This document shows positions 1 through 12,200 of a DNA stretch of 64,000 nt, piece by piece. This DNA comes from Takakia lepidozioides (lineage: Eukaryota; Plantae; Bryophyta), in contig CM060732.1 of NCBI GenBank assembly GCA_030704615.1, forward strand, positions 11,966,001 to 12,030,000. Reading direction: 5' to 3'. The position numbers and the translations under genes are program-made. The notes beneath the pieces are model-generated. The model was not told where the DNA came from and did not search any database. It saw only the letters and a list, made by a program, of their open reading frames with translations. How positions within the stretch are numbered: the stretch's first letter is position 1; the number at the start of each line of letters is the position of its first letter.

Positions 1-206
1 GTGTCAGAATGGTGACTCCCATTAGTGCACTGAAGTATAGATATGACTCACACTCTGCAATGCTTGACATTTTGCGAAACGATCTCTTGATTTGCTATTG
101 TTGTTCTACTGTGTTCAATGGGGTCTCTGGGTTATTGTTCTTCTCCCTGGCATCCATTTTCAAGGCTCCTACAACTATTTTATTTTGTTTAGTTTGGTGG
201 GTACAG

Positions 207-3200
207 GGCAATTCAGTGTGACGAATGCTCAATCAAAGATGGCCATGTATGCAGCCATTATTCCTGCACTGCTGCATGCTGAGGGGACTGTTAGTTGCAC
301 CAATCAATGGCGACTTCAGCTTTCTTTGCTGCAAGCCTTTCCACAATTTCCGGTTTGTACTCTATTTTCTCCTCTCCCCTCCACCATTGAGGCATCCGCC
401 TCTCCATGCTCTTACGTATGTACTTCCCCTTTTCCTAATACCCAAAGTTACTTGCTGGCTAGTTAGTACATTCAAGACTTAAATCACTTTGCGGCATTAC
501 ATCTTAATCTTGACCTCAGGGCAAGGATGTTCTGATGCTCTAAGTCCAAGTGAATACTTGTCTGGCCATGGGTTCACATGACTGGAAGAAAGAAATGAAA
601 TGAAATAAAATGGAACTGAACTTTACAACATCCGCAGAAAGCTCAAAGAGCTTATGGGACAATAGGAAAGCAAGGAACAAAAAAGAATAAAAGACATATA
701 GTGAAGCCAGAAGGATCTCAAAAGCAACTACTGCTCAAGGGATTGCCTAAGGGTCAAAGCTTCGTGCAGAAAAGCTGCCAAGCATCTGATCCTCATAATG
801 GAAGACTTCTGTGAGAGATTGGGTTTCACGGGACAGACAGTGGAATCTCGCACGGATCTCATAGTAGAGGGTGGTAAAAGAAGTGTTCCTCAGTCTCGAT
901 ACAATGATTGCGGCCAGTGCCTGCTGGGCATAGGCGGTCCTCTCGCTGAAGTTTTCCCATCTACCAGTCTCTATCCGTAAATTGTGGGAGCCCACCCTGA
1001 ATTGCCCCAATGCCCTCAGAAGAGAGGGAGATAAAGGTGCAGATATATAATTAGGCTGCAAGACTTTTTCATCACAGAGAACTAAGAATGTCTCCCGGTA
1101 GAAATGGAGATTTGTTGGTAGAGTGGCCGGCTTCCATGTTCTCCTGACATGAAGTTCCGTAAGTTCTCGTCTGATGTGTCTGTTGCGATCCTGTTTGGAC
1201 GTGATTTTCACCCCTTCTGTATTTTGTGGCAATTGGGAAGCAACAGAGTCTCCATTGCGCTCAAAAAAACTGCACACCCGAGCAACCAGGAGGGCTTGAA
1301 GCCTTCTGTATGGAGCCTGACAGATTTTGAGGGCCCTTGCTGTGAGCCCTGTGAGGTTCAGGGCTTGTAACCTTTCAAGAAAGATTGTAAGCCTAAAGCT
1401 AGCTTCGGTTTGAGGCCCATAGGACGAAGTTAGGAGAAAACCACATCAAATGATAAGGTCATCTAGCTACTGCCAGTGTACATTATAACCTTGTTGGCTC
1501 CTCCTCCAGGAGTATATCACGAGTGATCAGATTCATGATAATTTTGTGCCTGTTTGCTTCCGCTACATGGTGGAGGGTGTTTTACCGGTCAAATCCGCTG
1601 CAGCACTAGCCCTAGCTGTGTTCATCAGGTAGGTCAATGGTCTTATTTGTAAAAGCTACATCTCTCACCCATCTTCCTGTCTCTTCCCCCTATTTCTCTC
1701 TATGCAAACCAAGCACAGAAGGTTGGAAAATTCTTCTAAGCATCCCTCTCTTATCCCTGTTCTGCCCGAACTGGGCGCGGGGTCTATGGCACAAGGCTAC
1801 GGTAAATGTCTTATAAGTATATTCTTATCCCTGGATGAGAGAAAGAAAACCAATACTATGGGGTTCGAACATGACTTTGGTGTCTCATATTTTGTGTATT
1901 TGGACATGACATCTCAGGAGTAACTGCAAGGCAGTGCAGCGCCATGAGTTGTCACAAAGGGTTGTGAAAGAGTATGGTCAAGCCCGCAGCTACTGGTCAC
2001 GTTTGATTTACATAGACTTCTGTGAAAACCTGCTCAAGTACGCCCATCGCCTCCTTCTTATATGTGTATATACAGTAAGATATCATGCATTTCCAAAATC
2101 TTTTCCTGGTGCATTCTTACATTTTACTAAATATGAGTAGCCTTGTGGCCATAGACTAGACACCCGGTGACAGAGAGAAGACGATAACCTGCAGCCAGAG
2201 CAATCCATCAGATGCCAGAGGGTCTGTGACTGCAAGTTGGACAACACGAGAGAAAGAAAGAAACGAACTGTATAATGCCCCTTGGGAAAGGGCTATGTAA
2301 TGATCGCATATGCATTTGCATACATAATTGATATGCCTTTGCATGTACTTCACTGTCGATTTCCCAGTTGTTGCCAGCACAAGGGGGGCATAGGCGGTCC
2401 TAATGTTGAAGATTGTCCCACCTACCAGTCTCTACCAACGTCAGCCCCTGACAGGTAGGTTCTGTCCCTTTTGTTCCCGCTCAAACTGGGCGCGGGGTCA
2501 ATGGCCACAAGGCTACGGCAAACAACGTCTTATGAGTACAATCTATCTGCAGACTGTAGGAGCCCACGCTGACCCTCCCCAGTGCTCTTAGAAGAGAAAT
2601 GAAATGAAATGAACCGGTTGAGGCTCCAATCATTGTCCAGTGACCAAAAGTACTTGAAATTCATTTTAGCCATATCTCATCATAGATGACATTGGACACT
2701 GGAGGTCGCACTTGGGCCTCCACATGGGAGAAGCACTTGGATACATAGGAGATAACACTTGGGTACGTCCACGGAAAGCTCATAGAGCTTATGGGACAGA
2801 ATGGAAGAAAACATGAGAGAGGAACAAATCCAGAAACCAAGAATAACAATTAATGTTCTAGCGATTGTCTAAGGGTGCAGGTAGGCTGCCAAGCATTTTT
2901 GATCCTCATAGTGGAAGACATCAGTGAGAGTTTGGGTTCCACTGAATAAACAGTGGAATCTCCCACGGATCTCGTAGTATAGAGGGCAGTAGAAGAAGAA
3001 GTGTTCTTCAGTTTCAATTTCCTGGCTGCGCCCTATGCAAGCTGGACATAGGCGGTCCTCCCGTTGAAAGAAATGAAATGAAATGGTAGTTTATTACATC
3101 CACAGAGAGAGAGAAAGAAAGAATGAAACTTGATTTAGGTCAGATTGTTTTACTGGGAACCCACTCTTTTCCTTAGGCACATTGCACGCACTAACAAAGG

Positions 3201-6200
3201 ATGTCGCTAGGTTGCAGGATTGCAAGCTCTCGCATGTTCAAAGAAACTTTCTTGGATGCAGCTGTTCTGGCCCTCCAGGTTTGGATCTGACACTATAAGC
3301 TCCGCTATCCTGTTAGGAAGCTCCCCGTTCTTAATGAGCCCCTGGTATTTCACAGGAGCTTGTGGTGTGTGAGGTTGTGGAATCGTAGATAGGCATGCAC
3401 ATTCAGCGAGAGAAATGAAATGAAATGAAGTGAAATGGTCCTTTATAAGAAATGAAATGAAATGGTGCTTTATAACGTCCGCGGAAAGCTCATAGAGTTT
3501 ATGGGACAAAATGGAAGAAAACATGAACCACAATTAATGTTCTAGCGATTGTCTAAGGGTGAAGGCCTCGTGCAGGTAGGCTGCCAAGCATTTTTTATCC
3601 TCATAGTGGAAGACATCAGTGAGAGTTTGGGTTCCACTGAATAAACAGTGGAATCTCCCACGGATCTCGTAGTATAGAGGGCAGTAGAAGAAGAAGTGTT
3701 CTTCAGTTTCAATTTCCTTGCGGTGCCCTATGCAAGCTGGACATAGGCGGTCCTCCCGTTGCAGGTTTTCCCATCTGCCAGTCTCTATCCGTAGGTTGTG
3801 GGAACCCACCCTGAACCGCCCCAATGCCCTCAGGAGGGAAGGAGATAAGGGTGCTGAAAGGTAATTTGGTCTTAAGATTCTATCATCGCGGAGCACCAAG
3901 AATGTCTCTCGATAGAAGTGGAGCTTTGTCGTGAGATTGGGTAGCTTCCAAGTTCTCTTGACATGTAATTCCATAAGCTCTCTCCTAATGAGTCTGTTGC
4001 GGTCATGTCTGGATGTGATGTCCACCTCATCTGGATTCATTGGTAATAGGAAAGCAGTAGAAAGTCCATTACGTTGAAATAAACTGTCCACTCGAGCATA
4101 CCAGGAGTTCCTGAAACCTGCAGCTTTGAGCCTCATAGATGTTGTGAGGGCCCTTGCCACCAGCCCTTTGGGTGGAAGATCCTGTAATCTATGGAGAAAG
4201 ATTGTAAGCCGGAAGAGGGCCTCAGATTGCAATGGTACACATGCGAACTCTGCACCTAGGATCTGAGATGGAGTTGTGCTCCTGGCGCCAAACATTGCTT
4301 GGAGAAAAGATGACTGTAATGGTTCCAAATTTTTTCCCACCAAGAGACAGGGACATCAGGTGCCCAGAACTCACAACCATAGATGGTAGCAGGGCTGACG
4401 ACGGTGTCAAACAGCCACTTTTTGGTCGGGGGATGCCGCAGATGTATTTGCTTGCATTTGGCCTGAAGGCGGACGGAGGCCGCCTTACCTTTAGTCAATC
4501 TGTCCAAGGCAGTGGCTGCAAAGTGAAACTTGGGGGAGTGGATAACCAGACCCAGGTACCGGTATGATTTCACAATCTCAATTTCCTGCTGGTTGAAGAT
4601 GAATCTACGATCAGCCTGGCCATTGAAGACCATGATCTTGGTCTTGCTAAGATTGACTTGCATCCCATAGTCTTTGCAGAACTGTTCCAAAATGTTGAGA
4701 TGGCGTTGCAGGAAGACAGGGGATTGTGCCAAAAGGGCAACATCATCAGCGTAGAGGAGATCTGATTGGGTTGGTCCCCCATCCAATGGTACCCCAACCC
4801 CATGGTTTTTTGATATGTAATCCTCCAAGGCGTCAATGTAGATCCCGAACAGGGTAGGTGAAAGGGGGCAGCCCTGTTTGACTCCAATGTTGCTGTGGAC
4901 CTCGGCTGAGAATTCACCAGCGACGTTGACCATGCCAGTGACAATCTCATACATAGAAGAGATGGCACAAAGGATGTCTGGAGGGACTTCCACTCTATGG
5001 AGCCGTTGGAAGAGAAGGTCCCGAGGAACTGAATCAAGGGCTTTGTGAAAGTCCACGAAGCAAACATAGACCATTCTTTTGTCATAGCGTGCACTTTCCT
5101 CCATAACCTGAAGAGTGAAGATGTGGTCAATAGTGGATCTGTTGCGACGGAAACCAGCCTGTCCCTCAGCACGAATGCGAGAGGACTCAGCCCAATCATC
5201 CAGTTCCATGGCCACTACTGCCCCAAACAGTTTAGCAAGTAACGAGGACACCATGATAGTACGATAGTTTGTCGGTGCGAGCCTGTCACCGCTCTTGAAA
5301 AGTGGGTGGATGATGCTCTCTGTCCACTCTGTTGGAAAGCCCCGTTGCACCACCTCATTGAAGAGGTTAGCTATAAAAGGGGCTAAAGTAGGTGCAGCAT
5401 GCTTGATGAATTCACTCTGAAGTCCTGAAATGTCCACTGCTCTGCCATTTTGCAGCTTCTTGATTGCCTTACTGACATTGGCCGTAGTAAAGAGAGAGAA
5501 GTGAAGGGGTTTAGAGGTTATAGGAGAAGGAGTTTGGGTTGGGGAATGGTACAAAGACTGTGCATACTCATGCCAGACGTGAATGTCAGTGATTGGGGGA
5601 GGGTCTCTATGAGATTTAAGGAGGGACCAAAAAGAACGAGGAGAAAATCTGATTTTAGCAAGGAAAGAAGTTGCAACTTGATAGTGTAGAGGGGATCCTC
5701 ACGGGGAGGGAGATGGAAGGAAATGCAAAGGAAAGGCAAGAGTGATCAGAATCCGGGTACCTCGTGATGTAAAAGGAGCTTATTCTATCAGACTTGTTGG
5801 GGCTCCCCAAGAGATAGTCAACCACGCTTTGGCCCTTGTACGTGTGGCAAGTGAACTGGCTGGAGGATTTGAAGTTGGTTGTTCCATTGTAAATAGCAAG
5901 CCCCTGAGTTTCACAAAACTTGAGTAGATGGTGATCGTAGCTTGTGATTTCGCAAGAGGAATCTGCACTTTGCCTCTCCAATTCCGTATGCGAGCGTTGG
6001 ATGTGTAGAGGATCCGTGTGGTCGAAGGTGGGGGCCTGTAGTGATCCTGTACGGGCGTTGAAATCTCCAACCAAGAAAATGTCCGTGTGTGGGGTACGGA
6101 GACGGGCCATATCGTCTTCCAATGGAACATATGGTGAATCTGTTCCTATTTAGAGCTAGAGGGGCGACGCTCGTGCTCCCGGACAATTACCCTCCCATCT

Positions 6201-9200
6201 CGGTACACGGCATAGTGCCCCTGAGCTTGAGCTTGCTTAACCTGCAAGAGTTGCGCCCGCATGGCGTTGTATTGCAAAGGGGTCAAGTCATCGTTGAGGT
6301 ACATACCCTGACCTCTCAATTGAGGCCTTTGCCTGAGGACTCTATCCCGAGCACCCTTGTCCTTGAATCTAATGAAGAGGACTTTGTGCTCTGAAGATCT
6401 TGCACGCCAAGCCCTTTCAATGCCCACTCGCGCCCCGTGGTAGAGCAAGGTTTTGCTGGATAAGGCTGGTGGCAGCGTCAAGAGGGTCCCCCTCAGCAAG
6501 GCTCCCTAGCTTCCCAGTGACCCTGATGTTAAGGGCTTTGAAAGCCCGTTGTTGTTCCTCTCGCAAGGTAGCCGAGACTGTCTCCTCTAGAGAGTGAAGA
6601 CTGTTGTTGGATGTGCTCCCCTTAACTATATTAGCCCGGGAGGAGGCCGCTGCCTTGTGAGCTTGGAGCTCCCGAGCCATTGTAGACGTCGCAGTTCTGT
6701 GTGTTTCCAGCTCTTTGCTAAGGGATTCCACCTGCAGGTGGATGCTTGCCGTGAGGGGATCTGGGAGGCTCTTCTCTGCGAAGGTCTTCACTTCGCCTTC
6801 AAGTTTTGAAAGACGCGTATGTGTGGATTTGTCATTGAGATGTTTCGACAGACCTTGAAGTTTGCTATTGCACTCCTGAAGAGAGGCCCGCAAAGCGCTG
6901 TCCTGAACTCGCATATTGTTCTCCAAGTCTGTGTCTCTGTCTGTCATGCGCTTCTGCCAATCTTTGTCCAAGGAAGTCATGCGTTTCTGCCAATCTTTGT
7001 CCAAGGAATCCATGTGCTTCTCCCAGTCTTTGTTAAGGGAAGCCATCCGCGTCTCCCAGTCTTTGTCTAGGGAAGCCAACCGCTCCTCCGAGTCATTGTC
7101 TCGGGCAGCGAGCACTTGCTGCAGAGTCTCCTCCGAGATGCATTTCGTTTGTAAGATGGTGATTTGGTCCCGAAGCGTTTGAACATCAGCACTCCTTGTG
7201 GAGTACTGATTCAAAGGAGAGGCCTGTTGAGAGACAGGGGCAGGAAGAAGAAGCAGAGGGGAATCAGGTCCGGGTGAGGGAGATGGGAAGTCTGCCTCGT
7301 CGCCAACCGTCCTTTGGCGTTTGGAGGACGTCATGGTGTGGTGGAGGCGGCACTAGCGCGCCAACGCGCGAGCGCCGACGTGCTGCCGCGCGCGCGAGAG
7401 AGAGAAACGAGAGAGAGGGGAGGAGAGAGCTAAAGAGAGAGACTTAATAGTATCAAAAGCCCACTGAACTTATGAGCACACAGAGAGACGAAATGAAATG
7501 AAATGAAATGGGACTTTATAACGTCCGCAGAAAGCTCAAAGAGCTTATGGGACAAAATGGAAAAAACAAGAGAGAGGAAACAAAACCAGAGCCGAAAAAC
7601 AGCCCAAAAGCAACTACTGCTCAAGGGATTGTCTAAGGGTCAAGGCCTCGTGCAGGTAAGCTGCCACACATTTCTGATCCTCATAGTGGAAGACTTCAGT
7701 GAGAGATTGAGTTCCACAGAATAGAAAGTGGAATCTCCCACGGATCTCATAATATAGAGGGCAATAAAAGAAGAAGTGTCTTCAGTTTCAATTTCCTGGT
7801 TTGCCCCCGGTGCAGGCTGGGCATAGGCAGTCGTCCCGTTGCAGGTTTTCCCATCTACCAGTCTCTATCCGTAGATTGTGGGAGCCCACTCTAAACCGCG
7901 CCAATGCCCTCAGGAGGGAAGGAGATAAAGGCGCCGAAAGGTAATTGGGCCGCAAGATTCTGTCATCACGGAGAACCAAGAATGTCTCTCGATAGAAATA
8001 GAGCTTAGTTGTGAGATTGGGTAGCTTCCAAGTTCTCCTGACATGTAGTTCCATAAGTTCCCTTCTAATGAGTCTGTTACGATCCTGTTTGGATGTGATT
8101 TCCACCCCTTCTGGATTTTGTGGCAATAGCAAAGCAATAGAGAGTCCATTGCGCTCAAAAAATACCAGGAGTGCTTGAAACCTGCTGTTTTGAGCCTCAT
8201 AGATGTTGCGAGGGCTCTTGCCACGAGCCCCTTGGGTGGAAGGGCTTGTAACCTTTTAAGAAAGATTGTAAGCCGGAAGAGGGCTTCGGTTTGAAGTGGC
8301 ACGCATGCAAACTCTGCACATAGGATGTGAGATGGAGTTGTGCCTCTGGCGCCAAGCATTGCTTGGAGAAAAGATGACTGCAATGGTTCCAGATTTTTTT
8401 CCCACCGGGAAACTGGCACACCAGTTGCCCAGAACTCATAACCATAAGTGGCAGCCGGGGTGACAACGCTGTCAAATAGCCACTTTTTGGTTGTGGGGTG
8501 GCTCGGATGTATCTGTTTGCATTTGGCCTTAAGGCGGCTGGAGGCAGCCTTGCCCTTCGTCAATCTGTTCAGGGAAGTTGATGCAAACTGGAATTTGGGA
8601 GAGTGGATAACCAGACCCAGGTATTGGTATGATTTGACAATCTCAATTTCGTGTTGGTTGAAGATGAATCTGCGGTCCGTCTGGTCATTGAAAACCATGA
8701 TCTTAGTTTTGCTAAGATTGACTTGCAACCCATAGTCTTTGGAGAACTCTTCCAGGATGCGAAGATGGCGTTGCAGGAAGAAGGTGATTGTGCCAAGAGG
8801 CCAACATCATCAGCGTAGAGGAGATCTGATTGCGTTGGTCCCCCACTTAACAGCACCCCAACTCCATGAATTTGTGAGATGTAACCCTCCAAAGCGTCAA
8901 TGTAGATCCCGAAAAGGGTAGGTGAGAGGGGGCAGCCCTGTTTGACTCCAATGTTGCTATGCACCACTGCTGAGAATTCCCCCGCGACGTTGACCATTCC
9001 AATGACAATCTCATACATGGAAAAGATGGCATATAGGATGTCCGGAGGGACTCCCACCCTATGGAGCCGTTGGAAAAGAAGTTCTCAAGGAACCAAATCA
9101 AAAGCCTTTCAAAAGTCTACGAAGCAAACATACACCATTCTTTTGTCATAGTGTGCACATTCTACCATAGTCTGAAGAGTGAAAATGTGGTGAAGAGTGG

Positions 9201-12200
9201 ATCTGTTGCGACGGAGTCCTGCTTGGCCCATAGTATGCATGTGAGAGGATTCAGCCCAATCATCCAGTTCCATGGCCACACTGCCCCGAACAGTTTAGCC
9301 AGTAGTGAAGACACCATAATTGTGCGATAGTTGGTCGGTGCAAGCCTGTCACCACTCTTGAAGAGGGGGTGGATGATGCTCTTTGTCCACTCTGTTGGAA
9401 AGCCATGTTGCACTGCTTCATTGAAGAGGTGTGCTATAAATGGGGCCAAAGTTGTTGCCGTGTGCTTGATGAATTCACTCTGTAGCCCTGATATATCCAA
9501 TGCCCTGCCATTTTGCAACTTCTTGACTGCCTTGCTGACATTGGCTGTATTGACGAAAGAGAACTGTAGGGGTTTGGAGGTTATGGGAGAGGGAGATTGG
9601 CTTGGGGAGTGATACAATGACAGAGCATACTCATGCCAGACGTGAATGTCAGTGATTGGGGGTGGGTCTCTGTGAGGTTTAAGGAGGGACCAAAAGGAAC
9701 AAGGAGAAAGCCTGACCTTTGCAAGGAAAGTAGATTGCAGCTTGAGATTGTAGGCTCTCTTTTTGGATCTAATGAGGGACTTATAGTGCTTGAGAGCTAG
9801 GAATCTGGAGGAGAATGGATATCAAGGAGTAGAGATTTTGATGTGACGTCTAGCAACTTTGCATTCTTCGTCATAGAATGGTGCATATCTATGAGTGGAG
9901 AAAGGTGAGGAGGTAGATGGGAGGGTGACGGGGATCGCAGGGCTGAGTCCCAAAGAGCGTGTGTGCGATCGGAAGCCTTGTCATTAGTAGATGGTAGATT
10001 CATCGTGGAGGGGAGGATTGACGCTAGGCATGTTGCATATTCGGCGTCGTGTAAGTGAGTGAAGGTAGTATTAAAGTGAATAGGTGGGTGTGAAAGGAGA
10101 GAAGCGGAGGAGTCCCTCGCTGGGTAAGAGATGGAAGGAATTGCACAGGAAAGGCAAGAGTGATCAGAATCCGGGTACCTTGTAATGTGAAAAGAGTTGA
10201 CCCTATCAGTTGTGTTGGGGCTCCCCAAGAGATAGTCGACCACGCTCTGTCCTTTGTACGTGTGGCAGGTGAACTGACTGGAGGATTTGTAGTTGGTAGT
10301 GCCATTGTAGATGACAAGCCATTGAACCTCACAAAATTTGAGTAGATGGCGACCATAACTTTTCACTAGAGACATCCACACTTTGCCTTTCCAAGGCCGT
10401 ATGTGAGTGTTGGATTTGTAGAGGGTCCGTGGGGTCGAAGGTTGGCGCCTGTAGCGATCCTATATGGGCGTGGAAATCTCCAACCAAAAATATGTCTGTT
10501 TGTGGTGTACGGAGACGGGACATATCCTCTTCCAATGGAACATACGGCGAATCTGTTCGCATGTGAAGGCCACTGTGTGGAGATGCAGCCAGGGCAAAAT
10601 AACATCCCGCCAAGAATTCTTGGTGGAATGCTGAAGGGATGTGGAATTCTTGGCGGAATCCCTCCAAGAATCCTCCCGATAGAAGTGTAGCTTTGTAGTT
10701 AGAGTGGCTGGTTTCCATGTCCCTCCCGATGCATCTATTGCGATCCTTTCGGATGCAATTTCCACCACCTCCGTATGTTGTGGCAGTAGGGAAGCAACGG
10801 AGAGTCCATTGCGCTGAGTGCTTGAAACCAGCGGTTCTGAGCCTGATAGATGATATGAGGGCCCAGGCTGTGAAAGATTGTAAGCCGGAAAATGGCCTCG
10901 GTTTGAAGTGGGATGCATGCATATTATGCACATTGAATTTGTGATGGTGTTGCTCCAAGCATTCCTTTGGAGGAAAGATGATTGCAGCAGTTCTGGATTT
11001 TTTTCCATCGGGAAACTGGGACTCCAGGTGCCCAGAACTCCCAGCCATAAGTGGCGGCAGGGGTGACAATCAAGTCAAAATAGCCACTTTTTGGTGGGGG
11101 GGTGTGTCACAGGTGTATTTGTTTGCATTTGGCCTGAATGTGAATGGAGGCAACCTTGCCCCTCGTCAATCTGTCCATAGCTGTCAATGCAAACTGAAAA
11201 TTGAGTGAGTGGTAACCTGCCGCAGATATTGGTATGATTTCACGACCTCAATCTCTCCCTGGTTGAAGAGGAATCTCTGGTCTGCATGACCTGATCTTAG
11301 TTTTGGTTAGGTTGACCTGCAACCTGTAGTCTTTGGGGAAGTCTTCCAGGATGTGAAGGTGTCATTGTAGGAAGACAGGAGATTGTGTCAATAGAACAAC
11401 ATCATCAGCGTAGAGAAGCTCTGTTGTGTTGGTCCCCATCCAAAGGCACCCCCACTCCATTATTTTTTGTAATGTATCCTTCCAAAGCGTCGATGTAGAT
11501 TCCAAATAGGGTAGGTGAGAGAGAACAGCCCTGTCCGACCTCAATGTTGCTGTGCACCTCTCCCCTGCAACAGTCTCATACATGGATAAAATGGCACATA
11601 TAATGTCTGGAGGGACCTGTATCCTGTGTAGTCTTTCAAGAAGAAGGGCTTCAGGGACAGAATCAAAAGCCTTTCATAAGTCCACAAAGCAAGATACCAT
11701 TGTCATAGCTTGCTCGTTCTAACATTGTTTGAAGAGTGAAGATGTGGTCAAGAGTGGATCAGTTGGGCCGGAAGCCTGCTTGCCCAGTAGCATGAAGCTG
11801 AGAGGTTTCAGCCCAAACCTCAAGTTCCATGGCCACAACTGCCCCAAACAGTTTGGCCAGCAATGAAGAAACCATAATTGTGTGATAATTGGTCAGTTCG
11901 AGCTTGTCACCACTCTTGAAGAGTGGGAGAGAGCTTTGGAAGCATTGTTGGTCATCAAAACAATGTCTAATGCGTTACTAATTTGTTCTCACAATTGAGG
12001 CTTGGCATGTGGGATGGGTGGTCACAGGATCCAGTGCCAAGTGTGCGCATGAGAGCATGCCAGATGCTGAACCTTCTACGAGGTGTCATAAAGTTGCCGG
12101 ATGATGTTGCAACACTTGAGAAAATCAATCACTTGGCCACACAGCGGCTGAATGATAATGACCGTGAGGTAGCAGCCGCAGCTCGCATTGCTTCAGACAG

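Larger units (their letters stand above)
3412..7442 (-). mobile_element. Near full-length RTEX-like LINE (ORF1 plus EN-RT-CCHC ORF2) with internal deletions
   Basis: CT-rich 5'UTR (7335-7442), ORF1, EN remnant, RT, C-terminal CxxC...H...C, and a doubled (CATTT)n tail at 3412-3465. The clade call rests on the C-terminal motif and tail and is tentative. Confidence 0.9.

Noticed and set aside
10329-11069. 246-aa ORF as a gene
   Set aside because: It is a chimera across the junction of two LINE copies, in mixed frames.
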